The notes beneath the pieces were generated by a model that saw only the letters and a program-made list of their open reading frames with translations, did not search any database and was not told where the DNA came from. Made by a program: the position numbers and the translations under genes. DNA of 64,000 bases from Oligoflexales bacterium (GTDB lineage: Bacteria > Bdellovibrionota_B > Oligoflexia > Oligoflexales > JAPPIL01), in contig OZ244057.1 of the NCBI GenBank assembly GCA_965215515.1, positions 1,696,001 to 1,760,000 on the forward strand, in the 5' to 3' direction. Positions 60,476 through 64,000 of this stretch are shown here, piece after piece. Each line of letters opens with the position of its first letter. Positions within the stretch are counted from its first letter, which is position 1.

Positions 60476-60865
60476 GTGAACAAGAGTGGTTTGATATTAG
60501 GAGAAGCTGGAGTAGGTAAAACTCACACAGCTTGTGATACTTGCAATAATCTGTTGGAGAAAAATCTACCAGCCATATTTATTCGTGGTAGTAACTTTAG
60601 CAATGGCTCAATTGAGGGTCAACTGCGACAGTTTCTCGACATACCACCTTCTTACAGTTGGAATGACTTTCTTAAATCACTATCCGCGGCAGCTGAAGCA
60701 TATCATACCCGTATCCCATTGATTATTGATGGCCTTAACGAGGCGATTGATAATGGCACTTTATCAAATGTTTGGGAGTCAGGTTTGCAAGGTTTTGTCG
60801 AGGAAATAAAGCGGGTGGAAAATATTGCGCTAATTACAACTTGTAGGCTGGAGTTGCCCCCATAA
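60476..60865 (+). pseudogene. truncated STAND/NACHT-like NTPase
   Basis: Walker A GEAGVGKT, Walker B LIIDGLNE, sensor LITTCR, then immediate truncation. Confidence 0.75.
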
Positions 60866-60875
60866 AAAGCGGACA
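60849..60875. mobile_element. isolated IS3-family-like terminal inverted repeat
   Basis: TGGAGTTGCCCCCATAAAAAGCGGACA resembles the TG...CCCC.AAAA..GGACA ends of IS3/IS150 elements and sits at the NTPase breakpoint. Confidence 0.5.
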
Positions 60876-61040
60876 TGGTGACGTGTTCGCTCCAGTAGCT
60901 AACTAAGCACACATACCTAATCAAATGCTGCGACGGGGAAACAGCTTCTCCATCCGCATCTTGCTTCGGCACATTTGCTTTCCCTCCTGAAGCTCCAGAT
61001 TGCCACGTTCCAGCCGTTTCAGAATAACCCTCGCTAATGG

Positions 61041-61175
61041 CTACTCAAGGTTATGCTAGATGCCTCCATTAGTGAACTTACCCCTAGAAGGAGAGATGTG
61101 GTTATACGCTACTAATGGGACGGCAAAACAGTTACCGAAATAGCCGTGAGCATGGAGGTTAGTAAACAAGCAATG
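61041..61175 (+). pseudogene. sigma70 region-4-like HTH remnant
   Basis: ISELTPRRRDVVIRY*WDGKTVTEIAVSMEVSKQA with an in-frame stop. Confidence 0.6.
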
Positions 61176-61176
61176 C

Positions 61177-61692
61177 CTAGTTAAGACATTACTGCCGTAT
61201 GAAGTAACAGCTACACGGTCTTCAAGTGAATGCCCTCTGCATGATCTTTCATTGAACAATATCCGTGTGGCATTTGAAGCCAAGCCAACAGTGCAACACT
61301 ACTACACCGAAAATGTTATGCAGAGTTGCGACGAATACCATGACGACAGGAAGTTTCAGCCATTCATTGAGCTTAATAGTGACGCTATGGCTGAAGTAAA
61401 TTCAAAAATCGGGGTGTTGAACTTGGCTATCGAGTTTGACGCGACGCACAAGAGCACACACCGCTATAGTCAAAAGGTCAATGCCTACTATGTCAAGCGT
61501 GGGGTTGACGGTGTGCTTTACATCTGTGCGAACAAACACATTCTGAACGTCCTGCACAAGGTAGATAAGGAGGTATCGGATCGCCATAAGTGCAAGCATA
61601 AATTGTATTTTGCTTTGCTGGAAAATGTCACTGGTGCGATTGGTGAATTGACATTCACAAATGCGAAGAAAGGCATCTTTTGTGTCGGCTAG
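61177..61692 (+). pseudogene. Replic_Relax-like (replication-relaxation) protein, N-terminally truncated
   Basis: LHDL.L..I, SDA......LAIEFD...KS..RY..K...Y. Confidence 0.6.
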
Positions 61693-62033
61693 GGACATAC
61701 AGGGTGCTCTTTTTGAGTGCTCTTTGGCTGCTCTTTGGCTGCTCTCTCATAGAGCATGCAGAGAAAGGCAAGTGATTGATATTACTAACTGATGTTGTGA
61801 GGAGGTGAAAAGCAAACAGAGGGGTTATCAGCTATTTTGACATTTGTTTTCAATAACCATTTTTTAGGAGGTGCTTCATGAAGAAGGTGATGGCGATGTG
61901 CTTGGTGTTGAGTACATTGTTAGCTACGCGGCTTTTTGTAACGTTCGCTTGCTCGCTCACTTCTTGTTTACTAGCACAGTGCTGTTTAGTGAAAGGTGTG
62001 GGCATAGGCATGGGGACAGAAGCAGCAGCAAGC

Positions 62034-63047
62034 ATGGCAGCGACGAGGGAAGGGGCAGTTTACTTGCGACTGTCTGATGATACACAGGTAGCCGTTGAGC
62101 GTGGATCGCTGGAGCAGCAAATTCATATCGCCATTTCTGAAGCTGTATACCGATCAGAGCAGGAGCGGATGAACTACAGGATTACCGAGTTCTACATTGA
62201 GCCAGGCATCACAGGCACGCATGGCAACCGCCCTCTCACTTCGCTCGTGGGCTTCGTCCGCTGTTGCCGCTTTCTCGCTCCACATCAGGCTACAGCACAA
62301 CATCAGCCTCAAAAAACATGGCAATAGCAATTACACCAGCGAACAAGAAGCGAGCGTTACAAAAAGGCGGCGTAGCGGTTCTTCAGGCTATGCCAGAAAT
62401 ACGACTGTGAGATATGCCTCAGGGGTCTGCCATTCAACCCCAACAACCCCGCTTCGATCCTACAGCTTGATCAGCTGGCAGCCTATGCTGAATTTGAATC
62501 ACGGACGACCTCCAAGCGTATCAGGGAAAGTAATCACTCTACCACAATAGAGTTAACAAAATCAGGGTCAGGACAGAGATTTTCGAGGCGGCGGTAGAAA
62601 CAGTTTTGCGTCAGATCATTGAAAACTCTCCAGAGTTTCAAGCGAGTATTGCTAACCATTCGGCGCAAAAAGACACCGCTCTTAGTGTCGCAGCGGGGAA
62701 AATTGCGGAAATCGACACGAGGCTAGACGAACTGGCAGATGAGAGGCAACGCCTAGATCGCCGCTTGAACTTTTTGCTCGAAGACGATGATCTTGAGATG
62801 GCACGATCCTTCAGGGAAGAGTATAAGGAGCGGGTTTCTGCTATGAAAGGCGAGGAACGGGAGCTTGCAGACAGGAAACGGCAGCTACAGTTTGTGCAAA
62901 AACAAATTGCTGTGACACAAGAGCCAAGCAAAAACGGCGGGCTGGAACAAATAAAAGAAGCACTCAACTATACCAACAACAATGACATGGTTTCGCTCAG
63001 ATCTATCTACAAGCGACTGTTCCACAAAATAATCGTGCATCCCCGCG
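62034..63047 (+). pseudogene. large serine recombinase, fragmented
   Basis: Catalytic AVYLRLS..Q...GSLEQQ...YIEPGITGT..NRP (62034-62233); helix E LAAYAEFESRTTSKRIRE (~62470-62530, different frame); C-terminal coiled coil to LFHKIIV. Confidence 0.85.
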
Positions 63048-63344
63048 ACGAAGCGAAGGAGCGAGAAAGCGGCCAACAAGCCCCATGAACGAAGCGAAGG
63101 AGCGAGAAAGCGGCCAACAAGCCCCATGAACGAAGCGAAGGAGCGAGAAAGCGGCCAACAAGCCCCATGAACGAAGCGAAGGAGCGAGAAAGCGGCCAAC
63201 AAGCCCCATGAACGAAGCGAAGGAGCGAGAAAGCGGCCAACAAGCCCCATGAACGAAGCGAAGGAGCGAGAAAGCGGCCAACAAGCCCCATGAACGAAGC
63301 GAAGGAGCGAGAAAGCGGCCAACAAGCCCCATGAACGAAGCGAA
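63048..63344. repeat. perfect 41-bp tandem repeat, 7 full units plus 10 bp
   Basis: Unit acgaagcgaaggagcgagaaagcggccaacaagccccatga starts at 63048, 63089, 63130, 63171, 63212, 63253, 63294 and 63335 (partial). Confidence 0.98.
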
Positions 63345-63418
63345 TGGGAACGAGAGAATTCGAATCTCTGACCTCAGCGATGTCAACGCTGCGCTCTAAC
63401 CAACTGAGCTACGCTCCC
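63345..63418 (-). tRNA. tRNA-Val(GAC)
   Basis: GGGAGCG TAGCTCAGTTGGTTAGAGC G CAGCG TT-GAC-AT CGCTG AGGTC AGAGA TTCGAAT TCTCT CGTTCCC A; full cloverleaf, CCA not encoded. Confidence 0.97.
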
Positions 63419-63454
63419 GTACGCCGCGCAAGCTACGTAAAAAGCAGGCGTGTG

Positions 63455-64000
63455 TCAAGTTTGCAGCTTGCGTTGTGCCGCGTGGTAGGTGTTGTGCAGT
63501 AGCATGGCGATGGTCATCGGCCCCACACCGCCAGGCACAGGGGTAAGGTGGGCGGCAACAGGGCACACCGCATCGTAATCGACATCACCGACCAGCCCCA
63601 TGGCAGTGCGGTTGATGCCGACATCGATGACCGTCGCTCCTCGCTTGACCCAAGTGGCAGTGACGAGACGCGGGACACCCGCGGCGGCTACGAGAATGTC
63701 AGCCTGCCTCGCTAGCGAAGCAGGGTTGTCAGTTTTGGAGTGAATACTGATCACCGTGACATCAGCCTGCAACAGCAGACGAGCAAGCGGCAGACCGACC
63801 AATATACTGCGGCCAATGACTGCGGCCAGCTTGCCAGCCAGCGAGCGATGCGTGTGTTGTAACAACCGCATAACACCGAGCGGAGTGCAAGGCACATGCA
63901 GGGCAGCAGCGCGCAACAACAACCCCTGATTGAGCGGATGCAAACCATCGACATCTTTGGCAACATCGATAGCTGTGACAATATCGTGCCCATCGAGATG
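63455..64000 (-). CDS. folD: bifunctional methylene-THF dehydrogenase/cyclohydrolase, C-terminal part
   Basis: [46 protein letters not shown]. Confidence 0.97.
   Translation of the reverse strand, partial: HLDGHDIVTAIDVAKDVDGLHPLNQGLLLRAAALHVPCTPLGVMRLLQHTHRSLAGKLAAVIGRSILVGLPLARLLLQADVTVISIHSKTDNPASLARQADILVAAAGVPRLVTATWVKRGATVIDVGINRTAMGLVGDVDYDAVCPVAAHLTPVPGGVGPMTIAMLLHNTYHAAQRKLQT

Noticed and set aside
63048..63344. CRISPR array
   Set aside because: Units are contiguous and identical with no spacers; no cas genes in the window.
62885..63386. Repetitive ORFs on the minus strand
   Set aside because: By-products of the 41-bp array read through three frames; one overlaps the tRNA.

Overview
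Mostly core chromosome of a Gram-negative bacterium. Gene order and protein style (ccsA/hemX-hemA-hemC, a gspC-gspC-DEFGHIJK-L(PilM-like)-M-N type II secretion operon, tilS-ftsH, grpE-lon, tamB-tamA/bamA) suggest Bdellovibrionota/Oligoflexia or another delta-type lineage; this is an inference. Positions 1-53 kb carry rpsA (partial), a short-form class II DAHP synthase, haem and cytochrome c maturation genes, the T2SS operon, aroK, a PLP decarboxylase, an orphan pfaD, sufS-sufU-nfu, fabD, rpmF, ftsH, tilS, a frameshifted trpS, a fis-like gene, grpE, lon, tamB, an Omp85 gene and rpoD. Positions 53-63.4 kb are accessory. They hold an Rpn (YhgA-like) nuclease gene between two ~305-bp copies of the rpoD upstream region, three lipoprotein genes (one with a VWA domain), and a heavily eroded island of fragments (Rpn tail, IS1634, recombinase DNA-binding domain, NYN, STAND-like NTPase, IS3-like end, sigma70-r4 HTH, Replic_Relax, large serine recombinase). 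The island ends in a perfect 41-bp tandem array fused to the 3' end of tRNA-Val(GAC), followed by folD (partial). The most unusual signals are the promoter-duplicating Rpn insertion with a likely internal antitoxin gene, the tRNA-abutting array whose unit reappears inverted inside the recombinase, and repeated abrupt C-rich to G-rich strand-skew switches inside co-oriented genes. All calls are from manual reading; no searches were run.
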